From Baekduia sp. (lineage in GTDB: Bacteria > Actinomycetota > Thermoleophilia > Solirubrobacterales > Solirubrobacteraceae), in contig JBAOHN010000008.1 of NCBI GenBank assembly GCA_037045385.1, forward strand, positions 754,481 through 818,480: a stretch of 64,000 nt of DNA. The letters are read 5' to 3'. This document shows positions 1 through 12,613 of this stretch, one piece after another; the first letter of the stretch is position 1, and each line of letters opens with the position of its first letter. Both the position numbers and the translations under genes were made by a program. The notes under the pieces are model-generated. The model ran no database searches and was not told where the DNA came from. It saw only the letters and a list, made by a program, of their open reading frames with translations.

Positions 1-1
1 C

Positions 2-130
2 ACCGTCACCGGCCTGTTCACAGGCGACATGACCGGCGAGTGCTGGTGGATCCAGCCGGGCCGGCCGGCTGAGCCGTTCGCCTTCAAGAACCTTCCCGGC
101 CCACGGGCCGCCACCAACGAGGAGCACTGA
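2..130 (+). CDS. 3' end of an upstream gene (last 42 codons); product not identifiable
   Basis: Frame 2 is open from the window edge to TGA at 128-130 (..WWIQPGRPAEPFAFKNLPGPRAATNEEH*). The start lies outside the window. Confidence 0.4.
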   Translation, partial: TVTGLFTGDMTGECWWIQPGRPAEPFAFKNLPGPRAATNEEH

Positions 131-136
131 CACCGC

Positions 137-1354
137 ATGGACTTCGAGCTGACCGACAAGGCCAAGGACTTCCGCGAGCGGCTGCTCGCCTTCATGGACG
201 AGCGGATCTACCCGAACGAGCCGGTCTGGGCCGAGCAGGTCGCCGCCGACCCGCACGGTCAGCCGCAGATCGTCGAGCAGCTCAAGGCCGAGGCGCAGGA
301 GCGCGGGCTCTGGAACATGTTCCTGCCCGACGAGCACGACGGCGCCGGGCTCTCGAACTGCGACTATGCGCCGCTCGCCGAGATCCTCGGCCGGACCAAG
401 TTCGCCTCCGAGGTCTGCAACTGCAGCGCGCCCGACACCGGCAACATGGAGGTGCTGCACCAGTTCGGCACCGAGGCGCAGAAGCAGCGCTGGCTCGAGC
501 CGCTGCTCGCCGGCGAGACGCGCTCGGCGTTCTGCATGACCGAGCCCGACGTCGCTTCGTCCGACGCGACCAACATCGGTATGCGGATCGAGCGAGACGG
601 TGACGACTACGTGCTGAACGGCCGCAAGTGGTGGACGACCGGCGCGACCCATCCGAACCTCGAGATCCTGATCGTGATGGGGAAGACCGACGTCGACGCC
701 CCCACCTATCAGCAGCAGTCGATGATCCTCGTGCCACGCGACACGCCCGGCGTCGAGGTCGTCCGCGACCTCACGGTCTTCGGCTACCACGACACCGAGG
801 GCCACGGCGAGCTCACATTCACCGACGTCCGCGTGCCGGCCGAGAACATCCTGATGGGCGAGGGCGCTGGCTTCCTGATCGCCCAGGCGCGGCTCGGCCC
901 CGGCCGCATCCACCACTGCATGCGGGCGATCGGCGCCGCCGAGCGGGCGATCGAGCTGATGTGCGCGCGCGCCGACGGGCGCGTCGCGTTCGGCCATCCG
1001 GTCAGCCACTACGGCAACATCAAGGACTGGATCGCCGAGGCCCGGATCGAGCTCGAGATGGCGCGTCTGCTCGTGATGAAGACGGCGTGGCTGATGGACA
1101 CCGTCGGCAACCAGCATGCGCGGATCGAGATCTCCGGGATCAAGTTCGCCGTCCCCAACATCTGCCTGAAGATCATCGACCGTGCGATCCAGGTCCACGG
1201 CGGCGGCGGCGTCTCGCAGGACTTCCCGCTCGCCTACATGTACGCGCAGCTGCGCACGCTGCGGCTTGCCGACGGCCCCGACGAGGTGCACAAGATGTCA
1301 CTGGCGCGGCAGGAGCTGAAGCGGCAGCGGGAGCTGCGCGGCGACGTGCGTTAG
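137..1354 (+). CDS. acyl-CoA dehydrogenase
   Basis: 405-aa ORF with typical ACAD sequence (..[15 protein letters not shown].., ..WWTTGA.., C-terminal ..ADGPDEVH..). Confidence 0.85.
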   Translation: MDFELTDKAKDFRERLLAFMDERIYPNEPVWAEQVAADPHGQPQIVEQLKAEAQERGLWNMFLPDEHDGAGLSNCDYAPLAEILGRTKFASEVCNCSAPDTGNMEVLHQFGTEAQKQRWLEPLLAGETRSAFCMTEPDVASSDATNIGMRIERDGDDYVLNGRKWWTTGATHPNLEILIVMGKTDVDAPTYQQQSMILVPRDTPGVEVVRDLTVFGYHDTEGHGELTFTDVRVPAENILMGEGAGFLIAQARLGPGRIHHCMRAIGAAERAIELMCARADGRVAFGHPVSHYGNIKDWIAEARIELEMARLLVMKTAWLMDTVGNQHARIEISGIKFAVPNICLKIIDRAIQVHGGGGVSQDFPLAYMYAQLRTLRLADGPDEVHKMSLARQELKRQRELRGDVR

Positions 1355-1370
1355 CGAGCCGCCCACACCC

Positions 1371-1419
1371 GTCGATGGTCATCAGATCGCGCGATATGCG
1401 CGATCTGATGACCATCGAC
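1371..1419. terminator. perfect 22-bp inverted repeat (5-nt loop) between convergent genes; candidate bidirectional terminator
   Basis: GTCGATGGTCATCAGATCGCGC-gatat-GCGCGATCTGATGACCATCGAC. It lies between the stop at 1352-1354 (+) and the stop at 1422-1424 (-). No U-tract. Confidence 0.5.
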
Positions 1420-1421
1420 GC

Positions 1422-2801
1422 TCAGGTGAGCGCTGCGCGCACCTGCCGGGCCGCGCGGCGGCCGGACAGGAGCGCCCCGTGGACGGTCGCGCTGTAGTCC
1501 GGTTCGGTCGCCTCACCGGCGAGGAACACGCGCTCCTCGACCGGCTCGGTCAGTGCGCGGCGGTCGGCCGGGGTCGCGCCGACGACCGTCGCCGAATAGG
1601 AGCCGAGCGCGTAGCGGTCGGTCGACCAGGACGTCGTCCGGGTCGCGACCGGATCGGGAACCGACCGGCCGAACATCTCGCGCAGCGTGCGCATCGCCTC
1701 GGCCTGCACCTCGCTGCGGGCGCTCCGCTCGACCGCTCGGCCGAGGTCGCCGCCGTTGAAGCCGACGAGCACCGGGGCGCCGGCGCGCGCGAGGCTGACC
1801 CATTCGGCCCAGGCCCCTGCCCGCGGCCCGACGTACTCGAGCCAGTCGACGTCCTGCGGCCAGAACGGGCGCTCGAACCGCAGGAACGTCTTGCTGAGCA
1901 CGCCCATCCGCAGCCGCTCGACGGCCTCGGCGATCTTCGGCGGGATCGAGAAGCGGAAGTCGATCGACTCGTCGCGCAGGACACCGAGCGGCACCGTCAC
2001 GATCATCGCGTCGGCCAGCCACGCACCCCGGTTGGTCGCCAGATACACCCCGCCGGGTCGCAGGTCGACCCGGCGCACGACGACGCCGAGCCGGACCGGC
2101 ACGTTGCGCGCCAGGTACCGCGGGATCGCGTCGTACCCCCACGGCAGCAGCGCGTCCTCGCCGTCCTCGCCGAACGTCCTGCCGTCGTCGGCGTGCCAAG
2201 CCGACATCCGGCGCGGAGCCTCGCCGAACTCGGTCGTCACCGTGCTGTTCAGGAAGAAGGCGAGGTCGGCGCGCTCGGCGGGGTCGAGCGGCGGGCGCCG
2301 CGCCAGCTCGCGGTCGATCGCGCGCTCGATCGAGATGTCGCGCGGCGCGGCTCCGGCGCGCTCCAGGGCCCGTTCGCTCAGGCGCTGCCAGCGCGCGGTG
2401 TCGGGCTCGGTCAGGCCGGTCGCCCGCAGCGCGCGGTCGACGTACACCTCGCCGGAGTCGTAGGAGGTCCGCAGCACCCGGGCGCCGGCGGTGCGGGCGA
2501 CCTCGGTCAGCGGGTTGCCGGAGGCGCCGTGGATCCACGACGCGCCGACGTCGATCGTCGCACCCGGCCAGCTGCGGTCGGTGCGGATCCTGCCGCCGAT
2601 CCGCGGGCGCGCCTCGAGCACCTCCACGGCGAACCCGGCGGCCCGCAGATCCTGCGCGGCTGAGAGCCCGGCGACACCGGCGCCGACCACGAGCACCCGC
2701 TGGACCGAGCGCCTGATCGGCCGGCAGCCGCTGCCGGCGGACGTCGCCAAGGCGGCTCCGGCGGCACCGGCGAGGAACGTTCGGCGCGTGTGCGGCCCCA
2801 T
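1422..2801 (-). CDS. FAD-dependent amine oxidase with twin-arginine signal
   Basis: N-terminus MGPHTRRTFLAGAAGAALA (TAT-like), dinucleotide-binding VVGAGVAGLSAA, flavin amine oxidase-like C-terminus (..VFLAGEAT..). Confidence 0.8.
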   Translation of the reverse strand: MGPHTRRTFLAGAAGAALATSAGSGCRPIRRSVQRVLVVGAGVAGLSAAQDLRAAGFAVEVLEARPRIGGRIRTDRSWPGATIDVGASWIHGASGNPLTEVARTAGARVLRTSYDSGEVYVDRALRATGLTEPDTARWQRLSERALERAGAAPRDISIERAIDRELARRPPLDPAERADLAFFLNSTVTTEFGEAPRRMSAWHADDGRTFGEDGEDALLPWGYDAIPRYLARNVPVRLGVVVRRVDLRPGGVYLATNRGAWLADAMIVTVPLGVLRDESIDFRFSIPPKIAEAVERLRMGVLSKTFLRFERPFWPQDVDWLEYVGPRAGAWAEWVSLARAGAPVLVGFNGGDLGRAVERSARSEVQAEAMRTLREMFGRSVPDPVATRTTSWSTDRYALGSYSATVVGATPADRRALTEPVEERVFLAGEATEPDYSATVHGALLSGRRAARQVRAALT

Positions 2802-2844
2802 CGGCGGGCACTCTACGGCCGCTCCAAGCGGCCTTTTTCAAGCG

Positions 2845-2898
2845 CCGCAAGGGTTGAATCGCGTTCTTCCGCCGCAGGGTCTGTTTAGGGTTCTCCCG
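2845..2898 (+). repeat. two imperfect 27-bp direct repeats in the hup upstream region
   Basis: CCGCAAGGGTTGAATCGCGTTCTTCCG / CCGCAGGGTCTGTTTAGGGTTCTCCCG (about 19/27 identical, hand count), 32 nt upstream of the hup ATG. Confidence 0.4.
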
Positions 2899-2929
2899 TA
2901 CCGCAGTCCAACGAGGAGAACCTCACGAC

Positions 2930-3208
2930 ATGAACAAGACAGAGCTGATCGATGCTGTCGCCGCCGACAGTGGCCTGAGTGGGGCCGACGCCCGTAGGGC
3001 CGTCGAGTCGCTCCTCGGCACGATCGAGGGCGCGCTGAAGAAGGGCGACGAGGTCGCGATCACCGGCTTCGGCAAGTTCTCGGTCGCCCATCGCGGCGCC
3101 CGTACCGGCCGCAACCCGCAGACCGGCGCCCCGGTCCAGATCGCGGCGAGCAAGGCCCCGAAGTTCTCCGCGGGCGCAGGCCTCAAGGCCAGCGTCAAGG
3201 GCAGCTAG
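2930..3208 (+). CDS. hup: HU family nucleoid-associated DNA-binding protein
   Basis: 92 aa, MNKTELIDAVA...RNPQTGAP.. signature, SD-like GAGGAGAA upstream. Confidence 0.95.
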   Translation: MNKTELIDAVAADSGLSGADARRAVESLLGTIEGALKKGDEVAITGFGKFSVAHRGARTGRNPQTGAPVQIAASKAPKFSAGAGLKASVKGS

Positions 3209-3492
3209 ACGGCGGGCGTTCCGCCCGCTTCCTTTCGGACCGCGATCGTCCAGGGCTCGATGCGTGAGCCCTGGACGAGTCCGGCCGCCCCGTAAGGGTC
3301 GGCCGCGCGGAACGCCTCGGCCTGCTCGGCGCTCTCGAAGACGATCGCCGCGCCGTGCGGCGGATCGCCGAGCGCCCCGGCGAGAACCGATCCGTGCTCG
3401 TTCAGCAGCGCCAGATGCTGCTCTCGGTGTGGGCCGCGGCGCTCGACGATGTCGGGCACGTAGTCGTAGAAGAGGACGGTCAGGCGCTCCAT
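3205..3492 (-). CDS. YciI-like protein
   Basis: 95 aa, ..REQHLALL.. and ..DPY..AGL.. pattern typical of the YciI family. Confidence 0.7.
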   Translation of the reverse strand: MERLTVLFYDYVPDIVERRGPHREQHLALLNEHGSVLAGALGDPPHGAAIVFESAEQAEAFRAADPYGAAGLVQGSRIEPWTIAVRKEAGGTPAV

Positions 3493-3502
3493 GCGCCCGA
3501 CG

Positions 3503-4213
3503 CTACAGGGCGTCGAAGCGCGCTTGGCGCAGCCGTCGCGCGGTCAGCTCCGACCAGGGCTCACCGATCGCGTCGAGCGCTGCCGCCGATCGCTCGTCGT
3601 CGTAGGCGACCCGCCGCAGCGTGACCGCGAGGTCCGGTCCGATCAGCGCGTAGGCTGCGCGGCGGTCGCCGTCCCACGGCAGCCCGACGCTGCCGGGGTT
3701 GACGATCCGGATGCCACCAGCCCCGTCCCGCGCGTACTGCACGTGGACGTGGCCGCCGAGCTGGAGGCGTTCACCGGCACCGGCCAGGACTCGCTCGTCA
3801 TCGCCGGCCGCCGGCGCGAACGCCTCCATGTCGCCGAGCGGTGACGCGTGGCTGATCCGCAGCCCTGCGGTCGCGAGCGTCTGCGGCAGCGCCGCCAGCC
3901 GCTCCACACGAGCGGCGCCGAGCGCTGCGACCGCGAAGGCGCCGGCGCCCTGCACGACTTCGGTTTGCGGCGCGCCGTCCGGCTCTGCCTGCCAGCGCTC
4001 CCAGTTGCCGCGGATCCAGGTCGCAGCGTCACCGAGCGCTTCGAGCCGCCCGACCGTCTCGAGCGGCCAGGCGCCGAACGCTGCGTAGTCGCCTCCGAGC
4101 AGGAAGCGCTCGGCGCCGGCGGCGCGCGCGTCGTCCAAGGTCGCGTCGAGCGCCGGCAGGTTGCCGTGGAGGTCGAACAGCGCGGCGATCATGCTGCTGC
4201 CGAGCCTACGCAT
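3503..4213 (-). CDS. metallophosphoesterase
   Basis: DLHGN near the N-terminus, GDY.., GNWE.., GHVHV motifs of calcineurin-like phosphoesterases. Confidence 0.75.
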   Translation of the reverse strand: MRRLGSSMIAALFDLHGNLPALDATLDDARAAGAERFLLGGDYAAFGAWPLETVGRLEALGDAATWIRGNWERWQAEPDGAPQTEVVQGAGAFAVAALGAARVERLAALPQTLATAGLRISHASPLGDMEAFAPAAGDDERVLAGAGERLQLGGHVHVQYARDGAGGIRIVNPGSVGLPWDGDRRAAYALIGPDLAVTLRRVAYDDERSAAALDAIGEPWSELTARRLRQARFDAL

Positions 4214-4226
4214 ACGCTGACGCCCG

Positions 4227-4826
4227 ATGTCCGGGCGCGTGCTCCTCTCGATCGTCGGGCTCGTGATGCTGTTGGCGGCGTTCGCCTACCTGTCGGCGCG
4301 GCGTTCGATCGAGGCGACTGAGCAGCTCGCCGAGAAGGCCGCGCTCGCGCAGACGGGGCGCGAGATCGACGTCCGCTGCCCTGGACCGATCGCCGAGCGG
4401 TTCGACAAGCCGCTGCTCGAAGGCCAGGTCCGGTTCGACGGCGACGGTGTGCCACTGCCGTACACGAAGCTGTCGCCGAAAGCCTGCAAAGGGCTGCGTG
4501 TGCTCGAGCAGCGGATCACGCGGCTCGATTGGGACTGCCTGCCCGCCACCTTCACTCCAGGGTTCGAGTTGGCGTCGTCAGACGGGACGACCTGCCGCAA
4601 CGAGGAGCCCAAGGCCGCGCTCGGGGTCGCGGTCCTGGCGCACGAGCTGATGCACCTGCGCGGCGTCGCCGACGAGGCGCGGGCTGAGTGCCTGGCGCGA
4701 AAACGGCTACCTGCCGTCGCCGCCGCGCTCGGGCTCGATGAGCGCGAGATCGCCGCGGTCTCGGCGTACCAGGTCAACGTGCTCGGTCCGCAGCTCGGTC
4801 CTCAGTACCAGGGTGGGAGTTGCTGA
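4227..4826 (+). CDS. membrane-anchored hypothetical protein with HExxH motif
   Basis: N-terminal TM helix (LLSIVGLVMLLAAFAYL), several Cys, VLAHELMHLRG (HExxH). Confidence 0.5.
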   Translation: MSGRVLLSIVGLVMLLAAFAYLSARRSIEATEQLAEKAALAQTGREIDVRCPGPIAERFDKPLLEGQVRFDGDGVPLPYTKLSPKACKGLRVLEQRITRLDWDCLPATFTPGFELASSDGTTCRNEEPKAALGVAVLAHELMHLRGVADEARAECLARKRLPAVAAALGLDEREIAAVSAYQVNVLGPQLGPQYQGGSC

Positions 4827-4890
4827 CCGCGGACAGCCTTCGGCATTACCGGTGCTCGGGCGCAGCCCGAGCACGTACTACCGTCGGCAC

Positions 4891-5799
4891 ATGAGCGCTG
4901 AGGCCCAGTACGGCAAGGAGAGCGGCGGCGACGGTTCGTTCAACCGCCAGCAGAGCGCTTTCCGCGAACACGTGACCGAGCGGCCCGAGCCGGGCCGCTA
5001 CCACCTCTACGTCTCGCTCGCCTGTCCGTGGGCGTCGAGGATCCTGATCGCACGGAAGCTCAAGCAGCTCGAGGAGCTGCTGACGGTCACCGTCGTCGAT
5101 CCGATCCGCGACGAGCGCGGCTGGCGGTTCACCGACGAGCCCGACCCGGTCAACGGCTTCGAGTTCCTGGCCGAGGCCTACGAGCAGACCCAGCCCGGGT
5201 TCTCCGACCGTGTCACGGTGCCGGTGCTGTGGGACATCGCCGAGGGGCGGATCGTCAACAACGAGAGCGCCGAGCTGCTGCGGATGCTGAACGGATGGTC
5301 GAGCGACGGCCCCGACCTCTACCCCGAGACGCACCGGGCCGAGATCGACGAGCTGAACGAGCGCATCTACAACACGCTCAACAACGGCGTCTACCGCGCC
5401 GGCTTTGCGACCCGGCAGGCGGCCTACGAGGAGGGCGTCCGCGGCGTCTTTGAGACGCTCGCTTGGCTCTCGGAGCGGCTCGCGGGCCAGCGCTGGCTGG
5501 TAGCCGGCAACGATCAGCCGACCGAGGCCGACTGGCGTTTGTTCGTCACGCTCGTCCGCTTCGACGCGGCCTACGTCGGCCACTTCAAGTGCAACATCCA
5601 CCGGATCGCCGACGACCCGGTGCTCGAGGGCTACCTGCGTGACCTCTACCAGCAGCCCGGGATCGCCGAGACCGTCTCGATCGACCACATCAAGCGCCAC
5701 TACTACGGCACGCACGAGAAGATCAACCCGACGCGGATCGTGCCGGTCGGGCCGACGCTCCACCTCGACGGTCCGCACGAGCGCGACCGGCTCGGTTAG
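4891..5799 (+). CDS. yqjG: glutathionyl-hydroquinone reductase (Xi-class GST, YqjG-like)
   Basis: CPWASR active-site motif. Start moved to the in-frame ATG at 4891, because the track ORF from 4738 overlaps the preceding gene. Confidence 0.8.
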   Translation: MSAEAQYGKESGGDGSFNRQQSAFREHVTERPEPGRYHLYVSLACPWASRILIARKLKQLEELLTVTVVDPIRDERGWRFTDEPDPVNGFEFLAEAYEQTQPGFSDRVTVPVLWDIAEGRIVNNESAELLRMLNGWSSDGPDLYPETHRAEIDELNERIYNTLNNGVYRAGFATRQAAYEEGVRGVFETLAWLSERLAGQRWLVAGNDQPTEADWRLFVTLVRFDAAYVGHFKCNIHRIADDPVLEGYLRDLYQQPGIAETVSIDHIKRHYYGTHEKINPTRIVPVGPTLHLDGPHERDRLG

Positions 5800-6629
5800 G
5801 CGATCTCGAACCTGACCTCCTGCCCGGGCCGCACTTGGGCGGCGAGCGGCAGGTCGTCGTGGACGACGACTCCGATCACGGGGTAGCCACCGGTCGTCGG
5901 ATGGTCTGCGAGCAGAACGATCGGCTCGCCCGATGGCGGCACCTGGATAGCGCCGGTGACGATGCCCTCGGAGCGCAGCTCGCCGTCGCGAGCGCGCGCG
6001 AGCGGCGGGCCGGTGAGCCGGAGCCCGGTGCGGTTGCTGGCCGGTGACGCGGTGTAGGCGCGGCCGTCGAGCCCAGTGGAGAACCAATCGTCGCGCGGGC
6101 CGGCGACGATGCGCAGCGTCACCGGTCCGGCCTGAGGAGTTGCAGGCGTGGCGGCCTCGCGCGGATGGCCGTGCGCGGGGCCCAGCGTGAACCGGTCGCC
6201 GTCACGCAGCGGCGGCGGGCCGAGGCCGGTCAGCAGGTCGGTCGCGCGGCTGCCGAGCACCGGTGGGCCGTCGATCCCGCCGCTGAACGCCACGTATGAG
6301 CGCAGGCCGGCGCTCGCCGCGCCGATCTCGATCAGCGCCCCGGCAGCCACCGCGTGCGCCGCGCCGTGCACCGCCGGCGTGCCGTCGACGGTGATTGCTG
6401 CCGGAGCGCCGGTGACCGCGAAGGTGAGCGCCGTCGCGGCTCGCAGCGCTGGCCCGCGAACCGTCGTCTCGAGCATCGCGTCACCAGCATCGCCGCCGAC
6501 GAGCGCGAGCGCGGCCTCCAGCGCCGGCAGGTCGAGCGCACCGGAGGGCGGCACGCCGATGTGCGCCCAGCCCGGTCGCCCGCGGTCCTGGATCGTCGTC
6601 AGCGGCCCGGCACGGACGACCTCGATCAC
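5796..6629 (-). CDS. pxpC: 5-oxoprolinase subunit C (KipA / allophanate hydrolase subunit 2 family)
   Basis: VIEVVRAGPLTTIQDRGRPG.. N-terminus. The GTG start overlaps the pxpB stop (GTGA at 6626-6629). The track ORF extends spuriously to 7058. Confidence 0.85.
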   Translation of the reverse strand: MIEVVRAGPLTTIQDRGRPGWAHIGVPPSGALDLPALEAALALVGGDAGDAMLETTVRGPALRAATALTFAVTGAPAAITVDGTPAVHGAAHAVAAGALIEIGAASAGLRSYVAFSGGIDGPPVLGSRATDLLTGLGPPPLRDGDRFTLGPAHGHPREAATPATPQAGPVTLRIVAGPRDDWFSTGLDGRAYTASPASNRTGLRLTGPPLARARDGELRSEGIVTGAIQVPPSGEPIVLLADHPTTGGYPVIGVVVHDDLPLAAQVRPGQEVRFEIA

Positions 6630-7251
6630 GCGCGTGGCTCCCGCGTGAAGCGCACGGTCATCCCCGGCTCGAGCAGCGCGGGGCGCTCGCGTTCCTGGTC
6701 GAACAGGACGGCGCCGGTCGTCCCGATCAGCCGCCAGCCTCCCGGCGACTCGCGTGGGTAGACGGCCGAGTACGGCCCGCCGAGGGCGACCGACCCGGCC
6801 GGGACCGACTGCCGCGGCGCGTCGAGGCGCGGCACGGCCAGCAGCGGATCGCCGCCGAGCAGATACGCGAACCCCGGCATGAAGCCGCAGAACGCGACCT
6901 CGTAGCTGGCGGCGACATGCCGCGCCACCACCTCCTCGGGCGACACGCCGGCGTGGGCGGCGACATCGGCCAGATCGGCACCGTCGTAGCGCACCGCGAT
7001 CTCGACCTCGCGTGCCCTGGGACTTTCTGTCGCTGAGCGAGAGAAACTCACATGGCACGCGTCGCGGATCGCTCCGATCGGCGGTGCCTGGGCGCTGAAG
7101 ACGAGCAGGACCGTCTCGTGGCCAGCTACGACATCGGTGAGCTGCGCGCCAAAAGCGGCACGGGCCGCGTCCGCGATCGCGTGCACGGCGGAGTGGCCAG
7201 CGGCCGGCTCGACCAGGACGGCGCGGTCACCGGCGGGGAGGACGGTGACGC

Positions 7252-7255
<4 letters not shown>
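6626..7255 (-). CDS. pxpB: 5-oxoprolinase subunit B (KipI family)
   Basis: ..FCGFMPGFAYL.. and ..GGPYSAVYP..SPGGW.. motifs. ATGA overlap with pxpA. Confidence 0.85.
7012..7058. repeat. 47-nt imperfect palindromic element, copy A (inside pxpB)
   Basis: GTGCCCTGGGACTTTCTGTCGCTGAGCGAGAGAAACTCACATGGCAC. The arms pair at about 18/22 positions. Same design as the copies at 28789 and 29710. Confidence 0.7.
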
Positions 7256-10798
<3,543 letters not shown>

Positions 10799-10816
10799 GC
10801 GGCGAACCCTACGCCG

Positions 10817-12583
10817 CTATGGAAGCCGGACCTCGAAGTCGGCGCCGGTCGTGTTGGCGCCGCCGGGCTGCTCGGCTCCCATCGCGATCAGGCCGACGAG
10901 CGTGCCGATGCCGCTGCCGGTCGGCGCCCCGGCGGCGGCGAGGCAGGCCTTGACGTCGACGGTGAAGCCGATCGTGCGCTCGGCCGCGCGTGAAGCGTCG
11001 GTCGGCGTGTCGGTCGTGACCGTGTCGGCCATCGTGATCGTCGAGAACTGGCTCGGCGCCGTCGCCTGCAGTCCGACGAGATCGGACACCGGGCAGGCGG
11101 TCGGGCGGCCGATCGAGCGGAACTGGCCGTTCTCGAAGTAGGACTCGACGCCGACGCCCCACTTGAGGCCACCGATGTCGAAGTACTCACCCGACTCCCC
11201 GGTCAGTGCGAACCGCTGCGGCCGCCACAGCCGCACCGTCAGCTTGCCGGAGTCGTCGAGCTGGATCGGATTGCCGGCACTCGACCCGGGGGCGTCGCTC
11301 GCGACCGGGTAGCTGACGTTCGTCGGCTCAGCGCCCGGCAGTGCGTACGACGCGAGTGCCGGCGAGGTGACGAAGTACGGCGGGATCGTCATCGGGAGCG
11401 TCGTCACCGCGCCGGCCGCGGTGCGGGCGTTCAGGGTCAGGAGATCGCCGGGGACGACCTGCCCGAAGGTGTCGCTCGCAGACGGCCGCACCGAGGCGAC
11501 GTAGGTTGGGACCGGGTCGCCGCCGCGCGAGATCTGCGCGAGCGAGTTCGGGTCGCTGCCGCCGAGCGGGCTGCACGAGTCGGTGCACCGCGATCCGTGG
11601 AACGTGAACCACGGGTTCTGCGCGAAGCGGTCGCTGCCGCCGTCGATCGGCGGCACGTCGCCGAGGCCGCTGACCTTCGCCGTCGCGCTGCCCGGCGCGC
11701 ACCAGGGCTGACCGGTCGAGCACGTGATCCAGACGTTCGCGAACGGCGTCTGCGACAACGGGTCGATCGTGCGCTGGTTCAGGTAGACGATCATGTTGAG
11801 GCCGGTCTCCTCGGAGCTCGCGCCCAGGTAGCCGTTGATCGACGCGCGCGTCGCCCCGGCGTAGACGTTGACCTGGTTGCGGAAGTGCGGCCGGATCGAG
11901 AAGAACGGGTTGGCGCTGGCCGATCCCTGCGCGGACGCCGGGTCGACGCCGTCGAGCGAGCCGTTGCCGTTGTCGTCGACGTCGACGACGTTCGGCACGC
12001 CGTCGCGGTCGCAGTCGCCGCCCGCGCCGTTCTCGGTCGCCTGCTGGGAGCCACAGTTGCCGCCGGCCTGCCCGGCCTGGCTCGCCTTCGCGCCTGAGTT
12101 CGTCTTGCCGAGCGTGCCGGCGCCTGCCGGCGCGCCCTTGACGAGCTTGACGGCGCCGCTGCCGGACAGCAGGACGGCCTGCTTGGCGAGCGGGGTCTTG
12201 AGCGTCGCGTACCCCTTGCGCAGCTGGATCGCGCCGAGCTTCAGCGAAGCGACCTTGAGCTTGCCGAACCTGACCGACCCCTTGGCGCCCTTTGCGTAGA
12301 GCACGACCGGCCCGAGGTAGCTCCCGTCCGATCCGAGCAACTGGAGCGACAGGCCCGAGACGCTCGCAGGCTTGACCTTGACCGAGAACGCGCCCTTCTT
12401 GAGGCTGCTCGTGACGATCGCGCCCTGTGTCGGGAGCGCCATCACCTTCGCGCCCTTTGGGGCTCCGGAGACGGTTCCGGAGATCGACGTCGACGAGGCG
12501 GCGAGCGCGTGTCCGGGCACGGCCAGCGAGAGCGCAATCAGAGCAACCAGCGAGAAGCGAGGCATCGGCTCGATGTTCGGCAT
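10817..12583 (-). CDS. secreted hypothetical protein with Asp-rich calcium-binding-like loop
   Basis: Signal peptide (..LIALSLAVPGHALA), Lys-rich beta-like N-terminal region, DCDRDGVPNVVDVDDNGNGSLDGVD (thrombospondin type 3-like). Confidence 0.6.
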   Translation of the reverse strand: MPNIEPMPRFSLVALIALSLAVPGHALAASSTSISGTVSGAPKGAKVMALPTQGAIVTSSLKKGAFSVKVKPASVSGLSLQLLGSDGSYLGPVVLYAKGAKGSVRFGKLKVASLKLGAIQLRKGYATLKTPLAKQAVLLSGSGAVKLVKGAPAGAGTLGKTNSGAKASQAGQAGGNCGSQQATENGAGGDCDRDGVPNVVDVDDNGNGSLDGVDPASAQGSASANPFFSIRPHFRNQVNVYAGATRASINGYLGASSEETGLNMIVYLNQRTIDPLSQTPFANVWITCSTGQPWCAPGSATAKVSGLGDVPPIDGGSDRFAQNPWFTFHGSRCTDSCSPLGGSDPNSLAQISRGGDPVPTYVASVRPSASDTFGQVVPGDLLTLNARTAAGAVTTLPMTIPPYFVTSPALASYALPGAEPTNVSYPVASDAPGSSAGNPIQLDDSGKLTVRLWRPQRFALTGESGEYFDIGGLKWGVGVESYFENGQFRSIGRPTACPVSDLVGLQATAPSQFSTITMADTVTTDTPTDASRAAERTIGFTVDVKACLAAAGAPTGSGIGTLVGLIAMGAEQPGGANTTGADFEVRLP

Positions 12584-12613
12584 GGCCAGGGCACGTCCTG
12601 CATCGGACTGGAC

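Noticed and set aside
5796-7058. N-terminal over-extensions of several track ORFs (5796..7058, 34012..36126, 51496..52854, 7750..8022, 4738..4890, 12614..14266)
   Set aside because: The extensions overlap the upstream gene or are antisense to a neighbour. Internal starts give canonical N-termini, and some show ATGA/GTGA coupling.
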